Positions 23,705 to 36,739 of a stretch of DNA of 64,000 bases are shown piece after piece (within the stretch, counting starts at the first letter, position 1; every line of letters starts with the position of its first letter). This stretch comes from Mobula birostris (taxonomy: Eukaryota). A program made the position numbers and the translations under genes. The stretch covers positions 16,004,222 through 16,068,221 of the forward strand of contig NC_092379.1 in the NCBI RefSeq assembly GCF_030028105.1, read 5' to 3'. The notes beneath the pieces were generated by a model. That model did not search any database. It saw only the letters and a program-made list of their open reading frames with translations, and had not been told where the DNA came from.

Positions 23705-26700
23705 AACATGGGGCTGAATGGCACAATTCTCTGCTCCTTCGAATGCTCCACCATTCCATCGTGGCTGATTTATTATCCCTCTCCACCCATTCTCCTATGT
23801 TCTCCCCATAACCTTTGAAACCCTGACTAATCAAGAACCTATCAACCTCCATTTTAAATATACCCAGTGACTTTGCCTCCATAACATTCCGAGGCAATGA
23901 ATTCCACAGATTCACCACCCTCTGGCCAAAGAAATGCATCCTCATCTGTTCTAAAGGGAAATCCTTCTATTCTAATGCTGTGCCCTCTAGTTCTAGTCTC
24001 CCCCCACTACAGGAAACATCCTCTCCATATCCATTCTTTCATAGGCCTATCAATATTGGATAGCTTTCAATGAGGATTTCTCCCCCCCCCCCACCCCCCA
24101 TTATTCTAAATCCAGCGAGTATAGGCCCAGGACCATCAAACATCTTCATTCCCCTGATCATCCTCTGGACCTCAAGTGCCAGCACAACTTTTCTAAGATA
24201 AGGGGTCCAAAACTGCTCACGATACTCCAAGTACAGTCTGACCAATGTGTTATAAAGCCTTACCATCATATCCTTGCTCTTCTCGAAATGAATGCTAACA
24301 TTACATTTGCCTTCCTTATCATTAACTCAACTTGCAAGTTAACCTCTAGGGAATCTTGCACAAGGACTCTCAAGTGCCTTCGCACCTCAGATTTAAGAAT
24401 TTTCTCCCCAATTAGAAAGTAGTCTATGCCTTTATTCCTTCTACCAAAGTGCATGACCATCGACTTCCCGACACTATATCCCATCTGCCTCTCCTTTGCT
24501 CATTCTCTCAATCTGTCTGTCCTTCTGCAGTCTCTTTGCTTCCTCAACACTACCCGCCCCTCCAACTTTCTTTGTATCCTCTGCAAACTTGGCCACAAAG
24601 CCATCAATTCCATCATCCAAATCATCAATATATAATATGAAAAGAAGTGGTCCCAGTACATACCCCTGTAGAACACCACTTGTCACCGGCAGCCATCCAG
24701 AATAGGGCCCCTTTATACCCACTCTGCCACCTGCCAAACAGCCAATCCTCTACCCATATTAATAACTTTCCTGTAATGCCATGGACTCTTCTAAATAGCC
24801 TCGTATGGCACCTTATCAAAGGACTTCTGAAAATCCAAGTAAACAACATCCACTGACTTCCTTTCTCTTTCCTGCTTGATATTTCTTCAAAGAATTCCAA
24901 CAGATTTGTCAGACAAGATTTCCCCTCAAAGCAACCATGCTGACTTTGTCCTAGTAGCACACTCAAAACGCTGGAGGAGCTCAGCAGGCAGCGTCTATGG
25001 AAAAAAGTACAGTTGACATTTCGGGCTGAGACCCTTCATCAGGACTGGAAAAAGAGATGAGGAGTCAGTAAGAAAGTGGGGGAAGGGAGGAAGAACCACA
25101 AGGTGATAGGTAAAACCGGGAGGGGAGAGGGGTGAAGTAAAGAGCTGGGAAGTTGATTGGTGAAAGGGATACAGGGCTGGAGAAGGGGGAATCTGACAGG
25201 AGAGGACAGAAGGCCATGGAAGAAAAAAAGGTGAGGAGCACCAGAGGAAGGTGATAGGCAGGTAAGCAGATAAGGTGAGAGGGGGAAAGTAGGAATTGGG
25301 AATGGTGGTTTTCCACAGGTTCAAAAGAATCGATGATCCTACCATCAGGTGGGAGGCTACCCACAGAGAATACAAGGTGTTGCTCCTCCAGCCTGAGTGT
25401 GGCCTCATTGTGACAGTAGAGGAGGCCATGGGCTGACATGTCAGAATGGGAATGGGAAGTGGAATTAAAATGGGCGGCCACTGGGAGATCCCGCATGTTC
25501 TGGCGGACGGAGTGTGGGTTATCGGTGAAGCAGTCTCCCAATCTACATCGGGTCTCACTGATGTACCCAAGGCCACATTGGGCGCACCGGATACAATAGC
25601 TGACCCCAACAGAGTCACAGGTGAAGTGTCGCTTCACCTGGAAGGACTGTTTGGAGCCCTGAATGGTAGTGAGGGAGGGAGTAGGTGTAGGGGCAGACAT
25701 AGCACTTGTTCCACTTACACGGATAAGTGGGTGAGGACAAGGGGAAACCCATCCCTGGTGGGGTGGCAGGAGAATTGGATGAGGGCAGACGTGCACGAAA
25801 TGGAAGAGATGCTGTTGAGGGCAGCATTAATGGTAGAGCAAGGGAAGCCCCTTTCTTTGAAGGAGGAGGACATCTCCTAGTTCTAGAATGAAAAGCCTTC
25901 TCTTGAGAGCAGATGCAGCAGAGACAGAGGAATTGAGAGAAGGGGATGGAGTTTTTACAAGTAACAAGGTGGGAAGACATATAGTCCAGGTAGCTGTTAG
26001 AGTCAGTGGGTTTTAATAGACATCAGTAGATGAGCTGTCTCCAGAGATAGAGACAGAAAGATCGAGAAAGGGGAGGGAGGTATCGGAAATGGACCAGGTA
26101 AATTTGAGGAAGGTAGAGGCAAAGTTAATGAAGTCGACAAGCTCCACATGTTTGTAAGAAGCAGCACCAATGTAGTCGTCGATGTAGCATAGGAAAAGTT
26201 GGGGACTAATACCAGTGTCGGCTTGGAACATAGATGTAGCCAACAAACAGGCAGGCATAGCTGCAACCTGCGTGAGTGCCAGTGGCTACACCTTTTGTTT
26301 GAAGGAAGTGGGAGGAGCTGGAGGAGAAATTAAGAGTGAGAACAAGTTCTGCCAGACAGGGGGGAGTGGTGGAGGAGGAGAACTGGTTGGTTTGGTAACC
26401 AGAAAGAAACCGAGAGCTTTGAAGCCTTCCTGGTGGGGGATGGAGATGTATGGCAAATGCACATCCATTGTGAAAAGAAGATGTTCGGTACCAAGGACTT
26501 TGAAATCGTTGAAAAGATCAAGAGTGCGTGAAATGTCATGGAAGTAGGTAGGAAGGCACTGAATGAGGAAGGAACTATCACCGAGTCGAGGTATGCAAAT
26601 ATAAATTCAGTAGGGCAGGATCAAGCAGAAACAATGGGTCTACCAGGACAGGCAGGTTTATGGATCTTGGGCAGGAGATAGAAAAGGGAGGTGCAGGGTG

Positions 26701-27865
26701 AGGGAACTATGAGGTTGATGGCAGTGGATGGGAGATCCCCAGAGTTAATAAGGTTGGTGATGGTTTGGGAGACAATGGCCTGGTGCTCCTTAGTGGAGTC
26801 CTGTTCAAGGGGTAAGAAGGAAGAGGTGTCTGACAGTTGTCATCAGGCCTCAGCAAGGTAGAGATCAGTGCACCAAACTACTACAGCACACCCTTTAGCA
26901 GGGGGTTTGATGGTGAGTTTAGGATTAGTGCAGGGAGTGTGGAGAGCAGTGCATTCAGAAGGAGTAAGGTTGGAACTTGAGGGAAGACTTTGCCCTGCTT
27001 TATCATGTGCTTTCAAGTGCCCCGAAACTTCATCCTTAATAATGGATTCCAACATCTTCCCAATCGCTGAAGTCAGACAAATTGGCCTATGATTTCCTTT
27101 CTTCTGGCTTCCTCCCTTTATAAAGAGTGGGGTGACATCTGAAAATTTCCTGTCCTCTAGAACCATTCCATAATCTAGTGATTATTGAATGATCACTACT
27201 AATGCCTCCATAATGTCTTCAGCTACATCTTTCAGAACCTTGGTGTACAGTCCATCTGGTCTAGGTGACATCTACCTTCAAACCTTTCAGCTTCCCAAGC
27301 ACCTTGTCTTTAATAATAGCAACTACACTCACTTATACCCCCTGACGTTCTCAAATTTCTGGCGTATATACTAGTGTTTTTCACAGTAAAGATGAATGCA
27401 AAATACTTAAGGCATTTGTTTGTCCACCAATGCTACCTCTCCAGTGTCATTTTCCAGCTGCCCAATATCCACTCTCACCTCTCTTTTACTCTTTATATAT
27501 CTGAAAGTAGTATTTTGTTATTATTGGCTAGTTTACCTTCATTATTTAAGCTTTTCTCTGCTTCTGTTCTTCAATTGCCTTCAATTGGTTTTCAAAAGTT
27601 TCCCAATCTTCTAACTTCCCACTAATTTTGTTATATGCCCTCTCTTTTGCTTTTATGCTACCTTTGACTTTCCTTGTCAGCAACAATGGCCTCATCTTCC
27701 CTTCAGAATATTTCTTCATCTTTGGGTGTGGGTGTGTATATATATATCCCATCATCCCTGCTAGTGTCCCCTTTCAAAGAACTTTAGCCAGCTCCTCTCT
27801 TATGCCTATATAATTCCATTTGCTCTACTGTGATACTGATAAATCTCACTATCTTTTCCCTCTCA
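23705..27865 (-). mobile_element. CR1 LINE ORF2 (about 2 kb, split by a Penelope insertion)
   Basis: RT motifs VTSGVLQGYVLGPLLFILYIDDLDDGIDGFVAKFAEDTK, SQHGCFEGKSCLTNLLEFFE and GNHRPICLTSAIGKMLES. Confidence 0.9.
24953..26985 (-). mobile_element. Penelope-like element (RT plus GIY-YIG), decayed
   Basis: RT YIDDYIGA and FTWSISDTSLPFLDLSV; GIY-YIG YCIRCAQCGLGYISET; TSD GACTTTGTCCT / GACTTTGCCCT. Confidence 0.9.
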
Positions 27866-28184
27866 AACAACTTTTTCCAGTGTATTGCATAGGAACAGAG
27901 GAGTGTTTACAAGCTCCTTGTGAAGATTTTGTTGACTCCCTTTAAAAATTAAGTTTTAAAAGAAACTTGGTGTAACAATATTTTCTCTGAGGTCTCACTC
28001 TTAACTATCCAGCTTGAATCCAAATTTTGACTGGTGCCTTAGTCATTCCAGTCATTGTAATTTTATCAACAAATGAAATGGAAATAATGGCTGCTAATCA
28101 AAACCATTGTAACAACCCCTAAATTCATAAGTAACTTGCTATTCCATATGGGGAGAAAACAATTGAGAGCGGAGTCCCATTAAA

Positions 28185-28725
28185 CCCAAATCATTCCAGT
28201 CTGACACACCAGTCCATAGACTCCTCTACTGTCACAATGAGGCCACGCTTAGGTTGGAGGAGCAACACCTTATATTCTATCTGGGTAGCCTCCAACCTGA
28301 TGGCATGGACTTTGATTTCTCAAACTTCCGGTAATTGTTCTCCTGCTTTCCTTCACCATTTCCCATTCCCATTTCCTCACTCACTTTATCTCATTACCTG
28401 CCCATAACCTCCCTCTGGTGCTCTTCCACCTTCCCTTTCTTCCATGGCCTTCTATCCTCTCCTATTAGAATCTCCCTTCTTCAGCTCTTTTTCTTTCACC
28501 AATTGACTTCCCAGTTCTTTACTTCAACCCCTCCCCCACTCCTGGTTTCACCTATCCCCTACTACCTGTACTTCTTCCTCCCCTTTCCCCCACCTTCTTA
28601 CTTTGGCTTCTCGTCTTTTTTTCTCCAGTCCTGAGGAAGGGTTTCGGCCCAAAACTTCGACTGTTTATTCTTTTTCACAGATGCTGCCTGGCCTGCCGAG
28701 TTCCTCCAGCATTTTGTGTATTGCT
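28185..28725 (+). mobile_element. Penelope 3' fragment
   Basis: LRLEEQHLIFYLGSLQPDGM coding remnant plus pLTR with a mutated hammerhead. Confidence 0.8.
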
Positions 28726-28783
28726 CACTCCAGTTTGGGATTGATCCCGTAATTAAAATGTCAAATTATTACGTTTGGCTTAC

Positions 28784-29053
28784 CTCAGTTGTGAAGAATG
28801 AAAACTAGATGAATTTTCTGTGAGGTCAGACTCAGAAGAAGTTCCCTCAGATATCACGACATCATCATTCGGAAATGTTTGTTTCAGTGAGGGTGATAGA
28901 GTTTCTGATTTGGTTGCTGAAGGTAATTGTATTATATCCTCAGATATACCGGATTCATCCTGACCAGAGAACTGAGCAAGCATCCTGTGGATAGCTTCAT
29001 AATAGGGCCAGTATGAAGAGGAAGCTGCACTTCCACACGTAGCCTTGAGTTTT
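28784..29053 (-). CDS. MSANTD1-like protein, coding exon 2
   Basis: caactag|A acceptor and AG|gtaagc donor; 270 nt, phase 2-2, no stop codons. Encodes (R)KLKATCGSAASSSYWPYYEAIHRMLAQ... followed by a Ser/acidic-rich linker. WPYY completes the trihelix Myb/SANT domain. Confidence 0.92.
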
Positions 29054-29949
29054 CTAGTTGAAATATGAAATATTAGTACAATGTGTTAATCATAAAGCTC
29101 AAAGAAAATAAGTTTAGTATTAAAATTTCATTAATAAGGATATTACATTACATAATTAAATGTTGAAGTTTTATTAGTCTATAAAATTAAATCAAAAGTC
29201 ATCTTGTCTGCCACAATGAAAGAGTAAGATTCAGAAGGTAAAGAAGTACCCTTTGTTTCCCGTAGGTTTTAACAATGCAGAGGTCATGCAGTTGTAGACA
29301 ATATAAAGGAATAGTCCTTGTACAGTTAACATGTACTGTATATTCAAAGTAGTAAGATTCTCAAATGACTGCAATAAAATCATAAACTTTCAATGTACAT
29401 GATAATTTGATAAACAAAATCATGATCTGAGAAGCACGTAGGCAGTAACCACTGATTATCATTTGCAGTAATAAGTTAGCTAAAAAAAGTGCATGAACTT
29501 GCAGCATCCATAATTTTCTTACATTGAATCGTAATTCTGTGTGTGGAATAGAGTCCGAGAGTCATAGAACACACTAGCAAGCCAGTCAGCATTACTCATC
29601 CCATGTTGACCACGATGCTGATCTAAACCGGTCCCATTTGTCTGCGTTTAGTCCAGATCCCTTTCTAAGCCTTTCCTATCCATGTGCCCATTCAAGTGTA
29701 TTTTAAATGTTTTAATTCAACCTGCCTCTACCAATTTGGCAGCTTGTTCCAAACGTACACCACCTGCTGTGTGGTGGGAAAAAGTCTTGGCTCTCACATC
29801 CCCTTTAAATCTTTCTTCCTCACCTCTAGTTTAGACTTGCCTGCCCTGGGGAAAACTGTGACTATTCATGAATTAGTTAGATGAATGAAACTGGTTTGTG
29901 TGGTAGATTTTCTGCTTGGAAGAAAATCTATGTCAGTAACACTGTTAAT

Positions 29950-30950
29950 AATGTCAAGTGAGTACAGACCCAGAGCTATCAAACATTCCTCATATGTTAA
30001 CCCTTTCATTCCCAGAATCATCCTTGTGAACCTCATCCAGGCCCTCTCCATTCCCAGCACATCTTTTCTTAGATGAGGAGCCCAAAACTGTTCCTAAAAC
30101 AATATTCAGGATGAGGCTTCACCAGTGCTTTATGAAGACTCAGCATCACGTCTCTCCTCTTGCATTCAAGACCTCTTGAAATGAATGCTGGCACTGCATT
30201 TTGCCTTCCTCACCACAGAGTTAACCTTCCCTTTGCATCTCAGATTTTTTGATTCTCTCCCCCATTTAATGTCTGTACATTATTTCCACTATGAAGGTGC
30301 ATGCATTTTCCAAATTGTATTGCATTTGCCACCTTCTTGCCCATTCTCCTAATCTGTCCAAGACCACCTGCATCCTACCTGTTTCCTCAACACTACCTGC
30401 CCTTCCACGAATCTTCATATCATCTGGAAACTTGGCAACAAAGCCATCTATTCTATCATGTAAATCAGTGATATACAGCATAAAAAGAAGCGGTCCCAAC
30501 TCCGATCCCTGCAGACCACTACTCATGGGCAGCCAACCAAACAAGGATGCTTTAATCCCAGTCACTGCCTCCTGCCAATCAGCCAATGCTCTAACTATGT
30601 TAGTAACTTCCCTGTAATAGCATGGGCTCTGAACTTGGTAAGCAGTCTCATATGTGTGCACCTTGTCAAAGGCCTTCTAAAAGTCCAAATATACAACATC
30701 CACTGCATCTCCTTGATCTATCCTATTTGTAATCTAATCTACTCAAAGAATTCCAACAGGTTTCTCAGGCAAGATTTTCCTTACGGAAACCTGACTTAGT
30801 CCTATCTTGTCACCAAGTACTCCATAACCTCATCCATAACAATTGCTTCCAACATCCTCCCAAACACTGAGGTCAGACTAATTGGTCGATAATTTATTTT
30901 CTGCTGCCTTCCTCCTTTCTTAAAGAGTGGGGTGAGATTTGCAAATCTCA
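29950..30950 (-). mobile_element. CR1 LINE RT fragment
   Basis: Peptide GLQGSELGPLLFMLYITDLHDRIDGFVAKFPDDMK. Confidence 0.85.
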
Positions 30951-30960
30951 TATGTTGGAG

Positions 30961-31100
30961 AGTTGGGGGGTGAGGGAGACTATGGGGTAGAGTGAGGATT
31001 TGGGGATATTAGAGGGAGTAGGGCCGGTGAGGGGGACTATGGGGGAGATTATGGGGCCGGTGGGGGAGACTATGGGGGAGAGTGGTAGTGGTGAGGGAGA
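30961..31100 (+). repeat. G-rich degenerate tandem repeat (GGGAGACTATGGGG-like units)
   Basis: Repeated gactatgggg / gattatgggg / gggccggtg units with many G-runs. Confidence 0.6.
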
Positions 31101-31617
31101 TCACAAACTCTGCAGAGGCTGGAAATCCAAGCAATAAACACAAAATGCTGGAAGAACTCAGCAGGCCAGGCAGCATCTATGGAAAAGAGTACAGTTTATG
31201 TTTCAGGCAGAGTCCCTTCAGCAGGACTGGAGGAAAAAAATGGAGTAGAGTTAAAAGGTGGGGGGGCAAAGAAACATAATGTGATGGGTGAAACCAGGAT
31301 AGGGTGGGATGAAGTAAAGAGCTGAAAAGTTGATTGGTGAAAGAGATACAGGCCTGGACGGTGGGGTGGGGGTGGAATCTGATAGGAGAGGACAGAAGGC
31401 CATGAAAGAAAGAAAAGGAGGGAGGAGCACTAGAGGGAGGTGATGGGCAGGCAAGGAGATAAGGTGAGAGAGGGTAAAGGAGTATGGGGATTGGTGAAGG
31501 GGGAGGGGGGAGTCATTAGCGGAAGTTCAAGAAATGGATGTTCATGCCATCAAGTTGGAGGCTACCCAGACGGAATATAAGGTGTTGTTCCTCCAACCCG
31601 AGTGTGGCCTCATCATG
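31101..31617 (-). mobile_element. Penelope 3' fragment
   Basis: pLTR plus GIY-YIG C-terminus, directly abutting a + strand CR1 3' end (31618-31970). Confidence 0.8.
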
Positions 31618-32659
31618 ACCTGATAGAAGTGTATAAGATGATGAGAGGCATTGATCATGTGGACAGCCAGAGGCTTTTTTCCCCCAGGACTGAAATGGCT
31701 AACATGAGGGAGCTTGGAAGTAGTTACAGTGGGAATGTCAGAAGTAGCTTTCCACACAGAGTGTGGTGGGTGCGTGGAATGCTCTGCCAGCGACAGTGGT
31801 GGAGGCGGATACAATGGGGTCATTTAAGAGACTCTTAGATAAGTAGATGGAGCTTACAAAACTCGAGGGCTATGTGGTAGGTAAATTCTGGGCAGTTTCT
31901 AGAGTAGGTTATGTGGTCAGCACAACATTGTGGGCAGAGGTCTGTACTGTGCTGTAGAGTTCTATGTTCTGAATCGTGAATAGTTACTGAAATTTGCAGT
32001 GGTTCAGTACTAATCCCTTTTCTTATCCAGAAGAGTAAAATAATGAGGTAGTATACAGATAAAGGATTTAAAAAGTATTAGCAGGTAATTAAGTCGCCCA
32101 AGTACAGAGAAAATTATTATGCTGAGAATAAAGCTAATAGAGTTAATCAAACATATAAAGGGAAAATATTGTCATCTCAATCCAAAAAAAATTCAAACAA
32201 GTTAAATGGCAAACCATGCAAATTTTTCCACAATGTAAATAAGATCTTTAATTGACTTGCAACTTCAGAACTATTGATTTTTTCAAAGCAGAGAAGGAGA
32301 CATTTAACCCATAAACCTTAGTACCAGTTCAAATTGCATCTCAGAGCTCTCTGTTTTAATTCTGCCTCTCTGGTTGTCTCCCACCGTTGCCTATGAAGAG
32401 TTTGTATGTTCCCCCTGTGGCTGTGTGGGTTTCCTCTGGATCCTCCAGTTTCCTCCCACAGTCCAAAGACATACCAGTTGGTAGGTTAATTAATCATTGT
32501 AAATTGTCCTGTGAATAGGCTAGAGTTAGACTGGGGGATTCTGGGTGACACGGCTCAAAGGGCTGGAAGGGCCTACTCCGTGCTGTAACTCAATAAAAAT
32601 AAATAAAATATACTTCTAATACCTAATTCTCAAACAATTGACAAAATAAGTTATTCTCT

Positions 32660-33560
32660 TGTTGTCAAATGTTGTGGATCTTTGTTGGACTGCCCCTAAC
32701 TTTGTCACTGGTGAGGAATACAATTGTTCTTAGGCAGGTCCCTGGAGGTCATGATTTTTTCCACTCATTTCTGTGGGTTCTCAAAATAATAGGGTCCCAT
32801 AGACTTTGCATAATTGGATTTTGTAGTGCCCGAGAGGGTAGATCCACCTGCTACCAACACCAAGATTCTCAATGCCATTACAAATGGTCCTCCTCCATTC
32901 TGAGTTGTGATGAGCCAACAATTCCATTGAGTCAATGAGAAAGTTTCACCCTTCCATGGAAATTTTGGCTCAAACCTTAAATAATTTCCTGTGTCCATCT
33001 TTCGTCATAATGGATTTCTGAGCAGAGTGCCTATTTTTTTGGAGTTTTGTATCGAGCCCAAAAAGCCTTATGAAGAGCCCATTGAGTACTGGTTCCCTTA
33101 TCCTAGCAGTATATTTGGATGGTTCTATAGACACCTCACTGATGCTGGCTCTCCAGTGTTTTGATATGCCTGCAAGTAAGCACTTGTACAATTCAACAAC
33201 CAAAGGCTTCTCTTGTGTCCTGAGTGTTTGCCTTTAAAGACAAGTGGTTCATGAGAAATGGGAGCCAGGCCACATTTACCAACCTCTTGTCATGGACTTC
33301 CATTGTTGGTAATCATTGTGCAGAGGAGGCAGGTTGGCAGGCGACCTTTTCTTGTAGAAATGAGCCAGTGATGACTTTGAGCTCGACCTCCAATTGCACA
33401 CATGTGCAAGCACCATCTGCACATTGATGAGTGAGGTGGGATTGACTTTGGTTCTAGGGCGGGGACAAAGTAGGTGCAACAGTTTCTCAGTTGTACTGAC
33501 AATTAGTCTCATTGTTGAAAGTAATGTGCAGCATTGTAGTGAGAAACACTGAAAGAAGAA
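32660..33560 (-). mobile_element. RTE-clade LINE 3' fragment (old)
   Basis: Minus-strand remnant ...DGHRKLFK...WELLAHHNSEWRRTICNGIENL, resembling the RTE ORF C-terminus. Confidence 0.55.
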
Positions 33561-34161
33561 AATATTGAAAAACTGCAAATGGTGGAATATTAGCTACTTG
33601 GCAGTCCTCTGAGACCTTTCCTGAAGCTAGATGCAAAGATCTTGGTTGAAGCCCCATCAATTTCATCTTGCACTTCTCTTAATAATCTGATATCTTCTGT
33701 AAATCTTATTAATAATCTAATAACCTAATTCTCTTAATAATCCCATTAGGTCCTGGGGATTTATCCACCTTAGTGTTCTTTTAGAAAGCCAACACTACCT
33801 CTTACTATATCTCAAAATACACTTCGTATTAGCATGCTCCAGACTGATCTCATCGTCTTTCTCATCCTCCTTCAAGGTAATTACTGATGCAAAGTTCCCA
33901 TTTAGGACCACACTCACATCCTCCATCTCCAAGCACATGTTCCTGCCCTTTACCCTTAGTGATCTTACCCACTCCCTAGTTATCCACTTGCTCTTGATGT
34001 ATGTAGAGAGTGCCTTGGGACTCTCCTTAATCCTACTTGTCAAAAACTTTTCATAGACCTTCTTGCCTCTGCTAATTCTCTTAAGTTCTTTTCTATCTTT
34101 ATAATTCTCTAAGGCTCTGTTTGATTTTTTTTTAATTTTCTAAACCTTTTCATGTTTTCTT

Positions 34162-34395
34162 CGTGTTGGGCACGTGGCCAGGTGGTTAAGGCGTTCGTCT
34201 AGTTATCGCAAGGTTGCTAGTTCGAGCCTCAGCTGTGGCAGTGTGTTTGTGCCCTTGAGCAAGGCACTTAATCACACATTGCTCTAGTCTGTGCGAGGAG
34301 TGGCGCCCCACACAGACTTCCAGTCTGCACCTTGTAAGGCATGAAAATGCCCGACGCAGGCCTCTCATGGTCTGAGTCAACGTCCCCTCCCTCCC
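34162..34395 (+). mobile_element. CORE-type tRNA SINE
   Basis: A box TGGCCAGGTGG, B box AGTTCGAGCC, CORE-like GTGCCCTTGAGCAAGGCACTTAA and a (TCCC)n tail; inserted in a CR1. Confidence 0.7.
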
Positions 34396-34553
34396 CTTCT
34401 TTACTAAATTTATCCACTTCCCCATTCAAGGTTCCCTTACCTTGCCATCCTTGTCCTTCCTTCTGACACAACATACCTGTCTATTGTATTTCTTTATTTT
34501 CCTGTAAAGGCCTGCAAGAAATTGAATCTTAAGGTGGTATATGGTGACATGTA

Positions 34554-35109
34554 CACTCAGGGTCACTTTATTAGGGTCACCTGGTCACCTCAATAATGCA
34601 AATATCTAATCAGCCAATCACTTGGCAGCAACTCAATGCACGAAAGCATGCAGACATGATCAGGAGGTTCAGTTGTTTTTAAGACCTAAAATCAGAATGG
34701 GGATGAAATGTGATACAAGTGACTTTGACAGCAGAATGCTTACGGGTGACAGACAGAGTGGTTAGAGTATCTCAGAAATTGTCAATCTGGAATTTTCACA
34801 TGGTCTCTAGAGTTAACAGAGAATGGTGCAAAAAAAACATCCAGTGAGCAGCTGTTCTGCAGGTGAAAATCCTTTGTTAATGAGAGAGGTCAGAGAAGAA
34901 TGGCCAGACTGGTTCAAGCTGTCAAGAAGGCAACAATAACTCAAATAACCACACGTTACAACAGTGGAGTGCAGAACAGCATCTCTGAATCCACAACACA
35001 TTGAACCGTGAAGTGGTTGCGCTACAGCAGCAGAAGATCACACTGGTTTCAAATTTGGTGGCCATTTTATTAGGTACATTCCTGTACCTAGTAAAGTGGT
35101 CACTGAGTA
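34554..35109 (+). mobile_element. Tc1/mariner non-autonomous element
   Basis: TA-flanked TIRs of the CACTCAGTGGCCACTTTATTAGG family; transposase N-terminal remnant. Confidence 0.85.
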
Positions 35110-35584
35110 TATATCTACTTTCATAATAAATTTACTTTGACTGTCCTGGTCTCTCTTCAGTTGGTCATCACACACCCTCCATATATCAGATGTGAACATG
35201 CCCCGAAGTTGCTGTTCCTGCCTAATACTCAGCAGGTCATAGAACATCTATGGAAAGGAATAAACAATCAACATTTTGGGTTGAGACCCTTCATTAGGAC
35301 CAGCCATTCCATAGATGCCACCTGACCTGCTAAGTTTCTCCAGCATTTTGTGTGTGTGTTACTCTGGATTTCCATCTGCAGAATTTCTTGTGTCTTTGAA
35401 AGATTTTTTTTTGTTTAAACACACAAGGAGTGATTGAAATTTGAAACACATTGCCAGAAGTGTAGGTGAAGTCAGTTACAATCATTAAGATATATTTAGA
35501 CAGGCATTTATACAGACAGGTCTTAGAAGAATATAGACCTAGTACACAGGCAAAAGGGATGAGTATAAATAGGCAAGGAGTTCA

Positions 35585-36055
35585 GCTACACACACAAAAT
35601 GCTGGAGGAGCTCAGCAGGTCAGGCAGCATCTATGGGGAAAAAGTAAACAGTTGATGTTTCAGGCTGAGACCCTTCTTCAGAAAAGATGAGAAGTCAGAG
35701 AAAAGGTGGGGAAAGGAAGGAAGAAGTACAAGGTGGTAGGTGATAGGTGAAACTGGGAGGGGGAGGGGTTGAAGTAAAGAGCTGGGAAGTTGATTAGTGA
35801 AAGAGATAAAGGGCTGGAGAAGGGGTAATTGACAGAAGAGGACAGAGGCCATGGAAGAAAGGGAAGAGGGAGGAACATCAGAGGGAGGCTATGGGCAGGG
35901 AAAGAGATAAAGAATGGTGAAGGGACGGGGGGGGCGGGGGCGGGAGACAGTTACGGGAAAATCAAGGTCGATGTTCATGCTATCAGGTTGGAGGCTACCC
36001 AGATAGAATATAAGGTGTTGCTCCTCCAGCCTGTGTGTGGCCTCATCGCAGCAGT
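35585..36055 (-). mobile_element. Penelope 3' fragment
   Basis: Peptide DEATHRLEEQHLIFYLGSLQPDSMNID plus pLTR. Confidence 0.8.
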
Positions 36056-36739
36056 TACAATCAATCTTAGTAATCACCCCTTGAGTGTGTAAAAAAAGTT
36101 CAGCATGAACTTGATGGGTCAAAAGGCCTGTTTTTACTACTTCTAGACTCCATAACCCTGAAATAATTAGATACCCAAAACTGCAGGAAAATCCTATTAT
36201 CTCCTTCGCACACATATACATCAAGAATTCTAGTTTTGTCTTCTTTATGCAGTTCTGCTTTTGAATATTTGTATCTATATATCCATTCTATACTACTTCT
36301 TTCCATTTAACACTTAAGTTGTATTTCTATCATGTCCTCCAAAAATAAACAGAGCTTGCTTTTATCTTGATACCTCTAATAAATGAAAGGCACCCCAAAA
36401 TGCTTCCTTGATATTTAAATTAAAAAGCAGTCCTACAAATGGCAATGAAAGAAGTGGCATAATAATTTGTTTTCATCTGTTTTAAGATACACGTTGGATA
36501 AGGTTTTTGAAGAGATTTCTTCCACATTTTGATATGGTAAAAAGGAATACTTATGTCAACCAGAAACTAAAATCAGTTTAACACCTCATAGAAACACTTC
36601 TAACAAAGCCACAACCTTCACAGCCCAGATAATGTAACAGGTCAAGTAATGTGTAGGAGGGGAGAAATTGTCTTGAAGCCCTGCATCAGTCCTAAATTTA
36701 TAAAACATCAGTTAAGCACAGCTGGAATATTTGTACATT

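Noticed and set aside
25065-25796. 243-aa ORF with a GIY-YIG domain as a domesticated nuclease
   Set aside because: It is part of a frameshifted Penelope copy bounded by a TSD, with many similar copies in the window.
29904-29930. TAGATTTTCT-N7-AGAAAATCTA hairpin
   Set aside because: A single AT-rich 10-bp stem between LINE fragments, compatible with chance.
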